From Bacillales bacterium UBA1427 (lineage in GTDB: Bacteria; Bacillota_I; Bacilli_A; ML615J-28; CAG-313): DNA of 64,000 nt. Below are positions 9,307 through 19,158 of the stretch, one piece after another (the first letter of the stretch is position 1; each line of letters begins with the position of its first letter). A model generated the notes under the pieces. The model saw only the letters and a list, made by a program, of their open reading frames with translations. It had not been told where the DNA came from and ran no database searches. Where the stretch lies: NCBI GenBank assembly GCA_002329485.1, contig DCTZ01000028.1:2393-66392 (forward strand), given 5' to 3'. Made by a program: the position numbers and the translations under genes.

Positions 9307-11595
9307 TTAAGGCTTTTGGCCGTTTCCTTCCCAGAATTTGATATTCATGGTCATTTTGGAAATCCACGGGTCAAAGAAGTAAAGGAGCTGCGGAAGGAAA
9401 ATCAGAACCAACAAAGCGGACAACAGAGCTCCGCGTCCGATTAAGGAACCGATGGCGGAAACCCCTTCGACGCTCGAAATCAAAGCTAGAATAAAACCCG
9501 CGGATGCCATGATTAACGACGAAGTAAGGATGGAGTTTCCCGAATTGACAATCGAACGCATCATGGCGCGTTTTTTGTTCATCGATTTCCGGTTGTCCAA
9601 ATACCTTCCGGTTAACAGAATGGCATAGTCGATGGTGGCCCCAAGCTGAATGGAACTGACTATCATATAACCGATGAAAATCAGCGGCTGATTCATTAGA
9701 TTCGGGATGCTCATGTTGATCCAAATCGACAGTTCGATAACAAAAACCAAAATGAACGGCAAAATCAGGGACTTAAATGAGAAAATCAAAATAATCAGCA
9801 CTGCGATTATCGAAAGCAGATTGACTTTGACAAAGTCGCTTTCCACAACTTCCTTGATTTCCATGACGCTAGGGGTAACGCCCAACAAGTAATAGTTTTG
9901 ATAGGCGAGTTCGTCGGCGCTTGCTTTAATCGTCCTGACCGCATTAAACGCTTCTTCCGATTCGCTGGAGGTCTGAACCGAAATAATGATGCGCGAATAA
10001 TTCGGCGACAGAAGCTGCGCTTCCATGTGCGGCGGAATGGAGTCTTTGATCCAATCTTCCGGCCTGCCGTAACCTTCGCTTTCCAACCAGGCCAAAAAAG
10101 CTTCTTCGATTCTTTTTGTTTCCGGCGTTTCCGGAAGGTTCAGTTTCGGAAGGTAAGTGGAGATATCGGTCATTTGGTAATAGGATTGGACATTGGCTTT
10201 GATGTTTAAGTTTTTCAGTCTCAGTTTGATATCGTCAATCAAACGGAACTCGGCTTTTTTGGTCTCCTCAATATTGATTACACCGTCGGTTTTGACGTGC
10301 GGAAGCAGTAAAACAATCATATTGGTATTGCCAAATTCTTTTTCGATACGTTCGATTTCGACGGCCGCTTCGCTTCCTTCGCCGGATTCCATGGCACTGT
10401 TGCCGTACAGGAATTTGTTGTTGTTTTGATAAATATAAGTCGGATAAACGAGCATGACCGCAATAATCGGAACGATAATCCGATAACGGAAAGCTTTGTC
10501 GCTTAAGCGTAGCAGTTTAGGCGCAAACAGACGGTGTCGGGTCTTTTCGATGCCCTTATCGAACAAAAGGATTAGGGAAGGCATGAATACAAAAACGCAG
10601 ACAATGCTGAGAAGAACCCCTTTAATCATGACCAGCGCCAAATCGATACCGATTGAGTAACGCATAAAGAGCAAAGCGGCGAAACCTGCTACCGTCGTTA
10701 AGGAACTGGAAAGAATGGAAACATACGATTTGGAAAGCGCATTTTTCAGGGCTGTAACGTTGTCGCCTTTATTGTGTTCTTTTTCTTCGTGATAACGGTG
10801 CAAAAGGAAAATGGCATAATCCATCGAAACCGCAAACTGCAACAACGTTGCCGTGGAATGGGTAAAAAACGATATTTCGCCGAAAATCAGATTCGTTCCC
10901 ATATTGATGACAACGGCCGCACCGATGACGATGATAAAGAGGAACGGTTCCAAAAAACTGGTGGTAAAAATAAAAAGAATCACTAAAAAAATAGGCAACA
11001 CAAAAATCGTGATATTGAAAACTTCTTTTTCGGTGGCATGACGGGCATGATAGGTGGAAACCGCTGAACCCGCCATCGCGTATTTGTAATCGAGTTTATT
11101 CAGGTATTCGCGGATATCGGTAATCGTTTGGTCGGTGACATCGCTGTAATCACCGTTTTTGAAAACGACCTGGAAGAGGACTTTTCGGTTTTTGTAAAAT
11201 TGGTTGACACCCGGGATATCCGCAAAATATTCCTGCATGGTCGCATCGGACAAAAAAACGTTTTCGAATTCCAACAAAATATCCGGTTCCACAAACGTAT
11301 CGAGCCATAAAATGTCGAGGATTCCGTCATTGTTGTTGATAAGGGTCTGCTTAAGATTGATTGCCCGGTCGATGGTGATATTTTCAATCATGATGCTTGC
11401 TTGACCCATAATGCCAAACTCTTCTTCCATGACTTTCAGGGCTTGTTTGGTTCCCATGTCTTCGGGTAAGTATTTCGTAAAGTCGTAGTTGATTCTGACA
11501 AAGGGAAACATGATGGCCGAAGCCAACACAAGTAATAATGTTCCGGCCAAAAACCAGTAACGAAAACGTATAACGAATGCTGCCAGTCGCTTCAT
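9307..11595 (-). CDS. MMPL/RND-superfamily membrane transporter
   Basis: 762 aa with two 6-TM bundles and large loops. It is 3 nt downstream of the TetR gene. Confidence 0.8.
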   Translation of the reverse strand: MKRLAAFVIRFRYWFLAGTLLLVLASAIMFPFVRINYDFTKYLPEDMGTKQALKVMEEEFGIMGQASIMIENITIDRAINLKQTLINNNDGILDILWLDTFVEPDILLEFENVFLSDATMQEYFADIPGVNQFYKNRKVLFQVVFKNGDYSDVTDQTITDIREYLNKLDYKYAMAGSAVSTYHARHATEKEVFNITIFVLPIFLVILFIFTTSFLEPFLFIIVIGAAVVINMGTNLIFGEISFFTHSTATLLQFAVSMDYAIFLLHRYHEEKEHNKGDNVTALKNALSKSYVSILSSSLTTVAGFAALLFMRYSIGIDLALVMIKGVLLSIVCVFVFMPSLILLFDKGIEKTRHRLFAPKLLRLSDKAFRYRIIVPIIAVMLVYPTYIYQNNNKFLYGNSAMESGEGSEAAVEIERIEKEFGNTNMIVLLLPHVKTDGVINIEETKKAEFRLIDDIKLRLKNLNIKANVQSYYQMTDISTYLPKLNLPETPETKRIEEAFLAWLESEGYGRPEDWIKDSIPPHMEAQLLSPNYSRIIISVQTSSESEEAFNAVRTIKASADELAYQNYYLLGVTPSVMEIKEVVESDFVKVNLLSIIAVLIILIFSFKSLILPFILVFVIELSIWINMSIPNLMNQPLIFIGYMIVSSIQLGATIDYAILLTGRYLDNRKSMNKKRAMMRSIVNSGNSILTSSLIMASAGFILALISSVEGVSAIGSLIGRGALLSALLVLIFLPQLLYFFDPWISKMTMNIKFWEGNGQKP

Positions 11596-11598
11596 GTC

Positions 11599-12177
11599 TT
11601 AATTTTCCTTTCCTTCGATTCTTTGATCAAGCTGATAAAATAAATAACCGATGACTTTATTGAGCACCGGTGATAATTTGCCCGGCTCTTCGTGGTATTT
11701 GGATAAAACGTGGACGACGCTAGCCAAAGTGGCTTCGGTAATCGCTTCGGCAAGATCGTCGTCGATATGGCTGAATTCGAATTTTATCCGTTCCAAAACA
11801 GCCCCCCGCACCTGCTGATAAACTTTTTCGTATTTGGATCCTTTGACCTTGGTTAACAAAATCAAAATCGTGGTGCTGTAAGCCTCGCAGATTTTAACCA
11901 AACTTTTGATACTGTAGTTGAACCGCTCGTCAACCGTGATTCCGACGATTTCACGGTCGGTTTTGGCAATCAGATTGATGATTTGTTGGTAAGGTTCTTC
12001 CAGGATCTGATCCAAGATTTTTTCTTTGGAAGGAAAATAACGATATATATTACCCACCGTAATGCCGCTAAGTTTGGCAAGGTGGCGCATATTGACATCA
12101 AGAAATCCTTTTTGCATAAATTCGTCCGTGGCTACTTTGAGGATTCGTTCTCGGACTTCGGGTTTCAGATATTGCAT
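11599..12177 (-). CDS. TetR/AcrR family transcriptional regulator
   Basis: N-terminal HTH (..FMQKGFLDVNMRHLAKLSGITVGNIYRYFPSKE..). A GGAGG RBS precedes ATGCAATAT (MQYLKPE). Confidence 0.8.
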   Translation of the reverse strand: MQYLKPEVRERILKVATDEFMQKGFLDVNMRHLAKLSGITVGNIYRYFPSKEKILDQILEEPYQQIINLIAKTDREIVGITVDERFNYSIKSLVKICEAYSTTILILLTKVKGSKYEKVYQQVRGAVLERIKFEFSHIDDDLAEAITEATLASVVHVLSKYHEEPGKLSPVLNKVIGYLFYQLDQRIEGKEN

Positions 12178-12309
12178 AAATAAACCTCCGTTCATTTTTA
12201 TTATATATCTATTCTATTTTTGTGTCAATGGAAATATTCATCTTTTTTTGGCTTATTTTGACCAAAAAAACAAAAGCCGAAAAAAGGAATCAATTTGTTT
12301 TTTTAATAG

Positions 12310-12347
12310 AAAAAAGCCCTGACTGTAAGCATGCAATCAAGGCTGTT
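12310..12347 (-). terminator. Terminator of the lyase gene
   Basis: The minus strand reads AGCCTTGAttgcatgcttacagTCAGGGCTTTTTTC. Confidence 0.5.
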
Positions 12348-12374
12348 TCGGATTTATTTTTTAAAATCAGGATT

Positions 12375-13823
12375 TTAATTGTTGTCTCCGAAATCCTTTC
12401 GGAAAGCATCGGCCAAGCGTTTTTGCCAAGGCGAAGTCGGTTCGAGTTCGCCGAAGAAGAAACGCAAAATATCCGGTTCTTTGACAAACTTAAGTCCGCC
12501 CACCAAGTCACGGTGGTTGTACAACCAAACAATTCGGTCAACGGCATAATTGACCTGCGATAGGGTAAAGACTCTTCTCGGCAAAGCGAGACGCAGCAAT
12601 TCCACTTCTGCCAGTCTTTCCCGGCCGTCCGGTTCTCTTTGTTCGGACATGGTGCCGCGTTCCATACCTCTGATGCCGCTGACAAGGTATAATGCGGAGG
12701 CAAGAGCACCGGCAGGGTATTCGGATTGCGGAACATGAGGAAGAAAGCTCATGGCATCCAAATGGCAGCCGAGTCCTCCCGGAGGAGTAACAACCGGTAC
12801 GCCGTGTTTTTCCAAGGCTTCCGCCATATAGGCGATAAATTCCGGACCCTGGTTGATGACTTCTTCATCCATCGTTTCGTCCAAACCGACCGCAATAGCT
12901 TCCATTTCTTTAACGCTCATGCCGCCATATGTGAGGAATCCTTCGTATAAAGGAACCAATTCTTTCATTCTTTCGTATAAATCTAGGTTTTTTAAAACAA
13001 TTCCTCCGCCTTTGGCAAACCCGAGTTTGCGTGCGGAGAAATAGACAATGTCGAAAAGCTGGCAGATTTCTTTAGTTAATTCTTTGATGGTTTTGTGCTG
13101 TTCGGCGACTTCTCTTTTCTTGATGAAATACAGGTTGTCCTGAAGCAAGCTTGCGTCAAGCACCGTAATAACACCGTGTTTTTTGCACATTTCGGTTACT
13201 TCGCGGATATTGGCAAGCGAGAAAGGTTGACCGCCGATCAGATTGGTTCCTGCTTCCATGCGCAGGAATGCAATTTTTTCTTTCGGATACTGGGCAAAAT
13301 ACTTCTTCAACTTTTCGATATCCATATTGCCTTTAAACGGATGGGTGCTTTGAAGTTTCAACCCTTCGTCGATGACCAATTCGTCGACTTCGCCCCCTTG
13401 CAAAACAATATGCGATTTGGTGGTGGTGAAATGGTAGTTCATCGGCACCCGCATTCCCGGTTTGACCAAAGTTTTGGCGATAATGTGTTCGCAGGCCCTT
13501 CCCTGGTGCGCCGGCAAAAAAAACGGAAGTCCGAACAGCGAGGTTACTTTTTCTTCCAATTTGTAATAGGTTGCGCTCCCCGCATAGGCATCGTCGGCAA
13601 TCATCATCGAGGCGAGCTGTTGATCGCTCATCGCATTGACGCCGCTGTCCGTCAGCATGTCCAAAAAGACATCCTGGTTTCTGAGCAGGAAAGTATTGTT
13701 TCCGGCTTTTTGAATGGCTTCCAACCGTTTTTCGAGCGGAAGCAAATGAAGTTTTTGCACAATTCGCACTTTGTGCATTTCCAAAGGTTGTTGAGGTAAA
13801 AATTTCATTTCGATTTTTGTCAT
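12375..13823 (-). CDS. Beta-eliminating lyase family enzyme, tyrosine phenol-lyase / tryptophanase-like (PLP)
   Basis: The product aligns along its length with TPL/TnaA (NTFLL, LTDSG-NAMSD, DEAYAGS, HQGR, MYFTTT, PLP-Lys region SARK). It is closer to TPL, with a C-terminal extension. The start is MTKIEMK with RBS AAGGAAGG. Confidence 0.8.
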   Translation of the reverse strand: MTKIEMKFLPQQPLEMHKVRIVQKLHLLPLEKRLEAIQKAGNNTFLLRNQDVFLDMLTDSGVNAMSDQQLASMMIADDAYAGSATYYKLEEKVTSLFGLPFFLPAHQGRACEHIIAKTLVKPGMRVPMNYHFTTTKSHIVLQGGEVDELVIDEGLKLQSTHPFKGNMDIEKLKKYFAQYPKEKIAFLRMEAGTNLIGGQPFSLANIREVTEMCKKHGVITVLDASLLQDNLYFIKKREVAEQHKTIKELTKEICQLFDIVYFSARKLGFAKGGGIVLKNLDLYERMKELVPLYEGFLTYGGMSVKEMEAIAVGLDETMDEEVINQGPEFIAYMAEALEKHGVPVVTPPGGLGCHLDAMSFLPHVPQSEYPAGALASALYLVSGIRGMERGTMSEQREPDGRERLAEVELLRLALPRRVFTLSQVNYAVDRIVWLYNHRDLVGGLKFVKEPDILRFFFGELEPTSPWQKRLADAFRKDFGDNN

Positions 13824-13861
13824 TTTCTTTTCCTTCCTTATTCTATTAAATTTTAATAGGG

Positions 13862-14065
13862 TGAGGATGAAAAAAAGATTCATCCTCAGGCATAAGGACG
13901 AATCTAAATAGACCGTGGTACCACCTTACTTCGCTATTCTTTATAATAGCCTCACGTTTGTTTTGGGTTCTGGATGACAAACAACCAGGACAGACTCCCA
14001 TATCCGTATTTCGCCTTTTTTCCTTTTGAAGCACTCGCACCGACCGTGCTCTCTCTGAACATTAA
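13862..14065 (-). promoter_or_regulatory. T-box riboswitch leader with an intrinsic terminator
   Basis: The minus-strand RNA carries the canonical T-box motif AAGGUGGUACCACGG (plus 13913-13927). A terminator helix GAUUCGUCCU-uaugccug-AGGAUGAAUC followed by UUUUUUU (plus 13869-13904) has a 5' arm that competes with the antiterminator. A candidate specifier context is GAAAUACGGAUAUGGGAG. Confidence 0.7.
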
Positions 14066-14100
14066 AAGGAGTTGCTACTGGACAATATGATCAACGTCCG

Positions 14101-14865
14101 TCATTTAGTTTTTATTAGTGCTGCTTTCGTGAAAGTCAAAAAGTCTTTCGCGTCAAGACTTGCACCGCCGATTAATGCGCCATCGATGTGCGGTAGCGCA
14201 AGAAGCGAGTCAATGTTGGATGTTTTGACACTACCTCCGTAAAGGATGCGGATGTTTTCCGCCGCGTCTTCACCATACATTGCATCGATTAAGAAACGGA
14301 TAAATCCGATAGTTTCGTTGGCTTGTTCTGGGGTTGCGGTCCGGCCAGTTCCGATTGCCCAAATAGGTTCATAGGCAATAATCAGGTTTTCTACCTGTTC
14401 TTTGGTCAAACCCTGCAAATCCGCCTGGATTTGGGCTTTGATAACCTGTTCGGTTTTGCCGCTTTCCCGTTCGCTTAGGGATTCGCCTACGCAAAGGATT
14501 GGGATTAAATCCTTGTTAAACGCCGCATGCAATTTTTTGTTGACCGTTTCGTCGGTTTCGTTAAACATGGCGCGGCGTTCGCTGTGGCCGATTATGACAT
14601 AACTGACGCCCAAACTTTTCAACATGTCGGGAGATATTTCTCCGGTAAAAGCGCCGCTCGATTCATAATGCATATTTTGGGCGCCGATGCGTAAGTTTTC
14701 TCCCTGCCGCTTGACTAAGCAGCGAAGGACGGTGAAAGGTGCGCAGATGACACTTTCCACCAAATCTTTGGAAGGCACTTCGTTGTTTACCGCATAAATA
14801 AACTCCAGTGCCTCTGGGCGGGTTTTGAACATCTTCCAATTACCCGCGATTACCGGTTTTCTCAT
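14101..14865 (-). CDS. tpiA: Triosephosphate isomerase
   Basis: Starts MRKPVIAGNWKM and contains the IGHSERR active-site motif. Confidence 0.95.
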   Translation of the reverse strand: MRKPVIAGNWKMFKTRPEALEFIYAVNNEVPSKDLVESVICAPFTVLRCLVKRQGENLRIGAQNMHYESSGAFTGEISPDMLKSLGVSYVIIGHSERRAMFNETDETVNKKLHAAFNKDLIPILCVGESLSERESGKTEQVIKAQIQADLQGLTKEQVENLIIAYEPIWAIGTGRTATPEQANETIGFIRFLIDAMYGEDAAENIRILYGGSVKTSNIDSLLALPHIDGALIGGASLDAKDFLTFTKAALIKTK

Positions 14866-14880
14866 TATTTTTCCTCGATT

Positions 14881-16074
14881 CTATTTATCTGTTAAGCATT
14901 CGATACCAGGCAATTTCTTACCTTCCAAGTATTCCAAACTTGCTCCACCGCCAGTGGAGATATGAGTGAATTTGTTTTCGTAGCCGTTATTGATGGCAGC
15001 CGAAGCGGAATCGCCGCCGCCGATAATTGTGATTGTACCTTCCATGTTAGCCAAGACTTCGCATAGACCGATGGTTCCTTTGGCGAAACGTTCGAATTCA
15101 AAAACACCCATCGGACCGTTCCAAACAACGGTTTTGGCCCCCTGCAATTCTTTTTTGAACAGTTCGAGCGTTCCTTGGCCGATATCGAGACCCATTTCGT
15201 CCGGTTTGATATCGTCGGTGGAAGCTGTACGGGCCGAAGCATCCGGAGCAAATTCTTTGGTTAGAACTACGTCAACCGGAAGTACAAGTTTGCCTTTGCC
15301 TTTTTCAAGCAAACCTTTAGCTAGTTCTAAAAAATCGTCTTCGCATTTGGACAAACCGACTTCTTTGCCTTGGGCTTTGTAGAATGTATATGCCATGGCA
15401 CCGCCGATTAGAATTTTGTCAGCTTTGGTTAATAGGTTTTCGATAACCGAGATCTTATCGCTGACCTTGGCGCCGCCGAGAATAGCCACAAACGGACGGA
15501 CCGGATTATCCACCGCATTACCCAAGAACTTGATTTCTTTTTCCATCAGGAATCCGGCTACGCTGTCTTTATGATGCGCGGCAATTCCAACGTTGGAAGC
15601 ATGCGCGCGGTGAGCGGTACCGAAAGCATCGTTGACAAAGCAATCGCCGAGGCTTGCCCAATAAGCGCCGAGTTCCGGATTGTTTTTGGATTCTTTTTTG
15701 CCGTCGATATCTTCAAAACGCGTATTTTCAAACATAACGATTTCGCCCGGTTGCATTTCGGCGATGGTTTGTTCGAGCGCTTTGCCTCTGGTGGCAGCCA
15801 CAAACTTAACGTCTTTTTTAAGAAGCGATGCGAGCTTTAAAGCAACCGGATATAAGCTGTTGCTTTGTTTATCACTTTCGCTGGCAACTCTGCCTAAATG
15901 GGAAAAGAGTATAACTTTGGCGCCCTGATCGAGAGCGTATTGAATTGTCGGTATAGCTTGGACAATTCGGTTATCGTCGGTGATTTTTCCGTCTAGCATC
16001 GGCACATTGAAGTCCACACGAATCAAAACTTTTTTGCCTTTTAAATCTATGTCGCGAATTGTTTTCTTTGCCAT
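14881..16074 (-). CDS. pgk: Phosphoglycerate kinase
   Basis: 397 aa with the typical PGK N-terminus ([10 protein letters not shown]). A TTGCAA-17-TGtTAAAAT promoter lies upstream at ~16110-16145. Confidence 0.95.
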   Translation of the reverse strand: MAKKTIRDIDLKGKKVLIRVDFNVPMLDGKITDDNRIVQAIPTIQYALDQGAKVILFSHLGRVASESDKQSNSLYPVALKLASLLKKDVKFVAATRGKALEQTIAEMQPGEIVMFENTRFEDIDGKKESKNNPELGAYWASLGDCFVNDAFGTAHRAHASNVGIAAHHKDSVAGFLMEKEIKFLGNAVDNPVRPFVAILGGAKVSDKISVIENLLTKADKILIGGAMAYTFYKAQGKEVGLSKCEDDFLELAKGLLEKGKGKLVLPVDVVLTKEFAPDASARTASTDDIKPDEMGLDIGQGTLELFKKELQGAKTVVWNGPMGVFEFERFAKGTIGLCEVLANMEGTITIIGGGDSASAAINNGYENKFTHISTGGGASLEYLEGKKLPGIECLTDK

Positions 16075-16168
16075 AATTACCTTCCTTTATAATATTATTT
16101 TCAATTACCTGTATTTTACACTTTTTTAAAGTATTTTGCAAGAATTAACAAAAGAAAACATTTTCATT

Positions 16169-16594
16169 TTAAAAAGGGCCTTCTTTGAGCAAACGTTCGA
16201 CAGTCTTGATACGGTTTTGCAAAACCGTGATGCTTACATCAAGAATTAAGGAATTGCCGTCCACAAAGGCAATCAGGGTTTTTCCTTTTCCCAAATTCTT
16301 CGTCTCCGCAATCTTATAATAATTCAGATAGTATTTTTTGTTTCCTGCTTTGACCGTCATCAAAACAAGGCAGGGACTGATGTAAATCGGGATATTTTTG
16401 TGCAGGTTAAAGCGCAGTCTGATTGCGTCAAGCCTACCCTTTAAGGTTGTCAGGTGCGCAATGCACAGTTCGTTCAAAAACTTAAGACAAGACTGTTGCA
16501 ACGGAATGATTTGCTTGTTGGCATAGTGAAGGTCGTGCCTGATGCCTTCGGGAGTTTTTTCCTCAACCATATAAAAGATTCCTTCTTTTGGCAT
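16169..16594 (-). CDS. ComK-like competence transcription factor
   Basis: 141 aa and collinear with B. subtilis ComK blocks. A GGAGGTG RBS sits 6 nt before the ATG (MPKEG). Confidence 0.5.
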   Translation of the reverse strand: MPKEGIFYMVEEKTPEGIRHDLHYANKQIIPLQQSCLKFLNELCIAHLTTLKGRLDAIRLRFNLHKNIPIYISPCLVLMTVKAGNKKYYLNYYKIAETKNLGKGKTLIAFVDGNSLILDVSITVLQNRIKTVERLLKEGPF

Positions 16595-16605
16595 ATTCAC
16601 CTCCA

Positions 16606-16644
16606 AAAAAAGAAGTCATCGGGGGGACGACTTCTTTTTGTTAA
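16606..16644 (-). terminator. Hairpin terminator after msmK, bidirectional in appearance
   Basis: aaaaaaaGAAGTCatcggggggacGACTTCttttt. Confidence 0.45.
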
Positions 16645-17781
16645 TTAATCTTCCTTGATTCTTAATTCGGTTTCGATATCGAAGAAGTGGCATTTGCTCA
16701 TATCGAAAGCAAGAGTAATCATATCGTTGATATGAATGTCGGTCCGCGCTTTGATTTTTGCGGTTACAGGTTGACCGGCAACATTGTTGCTTTGAACTCT
16801 AACCGTAATCAATGATTCAGGACCAAGCAATTCCGCTACATCGACTTTCAGGGTCAAAGTAGCATCTTTGAATTCCGAAATGTCGGCTGCATCGTCTTTG
16901 ATGTCTTCCGGACGGATGCCCAATACAATCGGTTTATTGAGATATTTCTTTTCTTTCAACATATTGAATTGTTTTTCCGGTACACGCAAACGGCTAACAC
17001 CGTGTTTGTGATCGCCGCATTCAAAGAATCCGTCGTCACCGACACGGCCTTCGATAAAGTTCATTGGTGGAGTACCGATGAAACCGCCGACAAACATATT
17101 GTTAGGGAAGTCGTAAATTTCTTTTGGTGCACCGATTTGTTGGATCCAACCATCTTTCATAACGACGATTCTGGTAGCCATGGTCATAGCTTCAATTTGG
17201 TCATGGGTAACATAGATGGTTGTTGTTCCCAAACTTTCGTGCAATTTGATTAATTCCGAACGCATTTGCACACGGAGTTTAGCGTCGAGGTTGGAAAGAG
17301 GTTCGTCCATCAGGAATACTTTCGCATCCCGAACGATGGCCCGGCCCAAAGCAACACGTTGACGTTGACCGCCTGACAAAGCTTTTGGTCTACGGTCAAG
17401 GTAAGGTTTCAAGCCAAGTGTTTCGGCAGCGCTTTGAACGCGGCGATCGATTTCATCGCGAGAGAATTTGCGAAGTTTCAAACCGAATGCCATATTGTCG
17501 TAAACGGACATGTGCGGATAAAGAGCGTAAGATTGGAAAACCATCGCGATATTGCGGTCTTTAGGTGCGACATCGTTCATGACTTCGTCGTCAATCAACA
17601 ATTGGCCGCTGGTGATTTCTTCCAAACCGGCAATCATCCGTAAGGTTGTTGTCTTTCCGCAGCCCGACGGACCAACCAAAACAATAAATTCACGGTCTTT
17701 GATTTTGAGATTGAAATCAAAAACGGCCTGAACGTTATTGTCGTAAATCTTGTTAATATTCTTTAGTTCTACAGTTGCCAT
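16645..17781 (-). CDS. msmK: Sugar ABC transporter ATP-binding protein (MsmK/MalK/UgpC type)
   Basis: Walker [20 protein letters not shown] and a C-terminal TOBE regulatory domain. Confidence 0.85.
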   Translation of the reverse strand: MATVELKNINKIYDNNVQAVFDFNLKIKDREFIVLVGPSGCGKTTTLRMIAGLEEITSGQLLIDDEVMNDVAPKDRNIAMVFQSYALYPHMSVYDNMAFGLKLRKFSRDEIDRRVQSAAETLGLKPYLDRRPKALSGGQRQRVALGRAIVRDAKVFLMDEPLSNLDAKLRVQMRSELIKLHESLGTTTIYVTHDQIEAMTMATRIVVMKDGWIQQIGAPKEIYDFPNNMFVGGFIGTPPMNFIEGRVGDDGFFECGDHKHGVSRLRVPEKQFNMLKEKKYLNKPIVLGIRPEDIKDDAADISEFKDATLTLKVDVAELLGPESLITVRVQSNNVAGQPVTAKIKARTDIHINDMITLAFDMSKCHFFDIETELRIKED

Positions 17782-17891
17782 AAAATTTCTCCTTTATAAA
17801 AATTTCTACACTAAAATTATACCAAAAAAACGCAAATAAAAAATAGACAAACCATCCAAGAAATCGGATGGTTTTTCGGCAGTTTGTTAAA

Positions 17892-18728
17892 TTATTTGAT
17901 ATTGAGTAAAATATTGATGGAGCATGCATGGGAAAACCGGTCCAGTTTGAGTCCCAGTTCTTTCGACAATTGGTCGAGTTTGTATAGCAGGGTGTTCCGA
18001 TGCATGTAGAGAGATTTTGCGGTGGCGGAAACGTTGAGATTGTTGCTGAAGAAAACCCGGATGATTTCCAATGCTTCGTCTTTGTCTTTTAGGGAAGAAA
18101 ACAACCCTTCCTTGATTAATTTCAGCATGCAATAATCCTCGCTCCCGGCAAGGGCCAGAATAAAGTCCGCCAAATCGGTATAATCTTTTTTGCGCATGAC
18201 GCCGTTTTCGATTACGGTTTTGACGTATTGCTTGATATTTTCGCCCGGCAACCGATCGGTAAAAAAGAAACCTTCGTGAACGGTGATTTTGGAACCGAAG
18301 TCATCGCTCAAGGTTTGAAATAGCGGTTCCAAATCGATGTCGAAGCGGTCGAAAAAGAAAACCAAGGTATATTCCAAAAAGGAAATGGCATATATATCCC
18401 GAAAGATGTCTTTAAGCATGCTGTGGAGCTGGTCGTTGCCTGCTTCCAATTCATGGTAAAAAAAGAATTTGCCGCGTTTTTGGGCAAAAGGATAACTTTT
18501 TCCTTCCCAAAGATATTCATGGATTTGTTGCATCAACGCATTGTCGAAATGGAAAGTCTTTTCGATATACATCGATTTAATCAATTGGTATTCGTTTTTG
18601 GTTATGTTTCTGTCAATCCCGAACAATTGGCCTTCTTCGTTGAAAAAATAATAAAAACGGTTCGGTTCCAATGTACTTCCCGGTTTGACGATGCGATTTC
18701 CGTAAATCGAAAGCAGCTTCTTAAACAT
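17892..18728 (-). CDS. PucR/CdaR-family transcriptional regulator
   Basis: C-terminal HTH (..LYMHRNTLLYKLDQLSKELGL..). Confidence 0.6.
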   Translation of the reverse strand: MFKKLLSIYGNRIVKPGSTLEPNRFYYFFNEEGQLFGIDRNITKNEYQLIKSMYIEKTFHFDNALMQQIHEYLWEGKSYPFAQKRGKFFFYHELEAGNDQLHSMLKDIFRDIYAISFLEYTLVFFFDRFDIDLEPLFQTLSDDFGSKITVHEGFFFTDRLPGENIKQYVKTVIENGVMRKKDYTDLADFILALAGSEDYCMLKLIKEGLFSSLKDKDEALEIIRVFFSNNLNVSATAKSLYMHRNTLLYKLDQLSKELGLKLDRFSHACSINILLNIK

Positions 18729-18835
18729 CTTATCACCTTAGTTATTATACCATATTTTTTTCGGTTTTGCTGACAAAATTTTATCTTTATTTTCCTTGGG
18801 TCCGGAATATAATACTTACCAAGGAGGGTTAAGAA

Positions 18836-19158
18836 TGAACGAAATATCCACATACCAGTTTTTCCTGCTTTACCAAACCAAAAACAATATCAAATTAATC
18901 GATGTGCGTGAAAGCTACGAATACGACCAATATCATATCGATGGTTCGCAAAATATCCCCTTACAGCTGCTTTTGGATAAGCATCACTTGTTTGTGAACT
19001 CCCTGAACCATTATTACCTAATCTGCCACAACGGCGCCAAAAGCAGGATTGCGGCCATCTTTTTGGCCAATCAGGGGATTTCGGCCACAAGTATTGTAGG
19101 GGGCATTTCCCGGTGGCCGGGACGTTTGGTCAAAACTGCCAAATACAAAAGTTATTAA
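18836..19158 (+). CDS. Rhodanese-domain protein (single domain with active-site Cys)
   Basis: Starts MNEIST.. and contains the CHNGAKS catalytic loop. A GGAGGG RBS lies at 18822. Confidence 0.8.

Noticed and set aside
13095-13799. 234-aa plus-strand ORF (and similar long plus ORFs at 7282-8115, 35216-35818, 52851-53435, 59766-60422, 47785-48309)
   Set aside because: All lie antisense inside well-supported minus-strand genes (the lyase, the lipoprotein, murI, gerAC, hppA, glmE). Their products are low-complexity with no RBS or family resemblance, so they are shadow ORFs.
13863-13890. Alternative hairpin GAGGATGA-aucuuuuu-TCATCCTC in the T-box region
   Set aside because: It lacks a 3' U-tract and overlaps the better terminator (GAUUCGUCCU/AGGAUGAAUC + U7), which also shares its 5' arm with the antiterminator. 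It is probably not the functional structure.
14060-14110. Sigma-A promoter for the T-box leader
   Set aside because: Only weak hexamers (TTGATC / TTGTCC with poor -10 elements) occur in the 35-nt gap after tpiA. Transcription may read through from pgk-tpiA, so no promoter is called.
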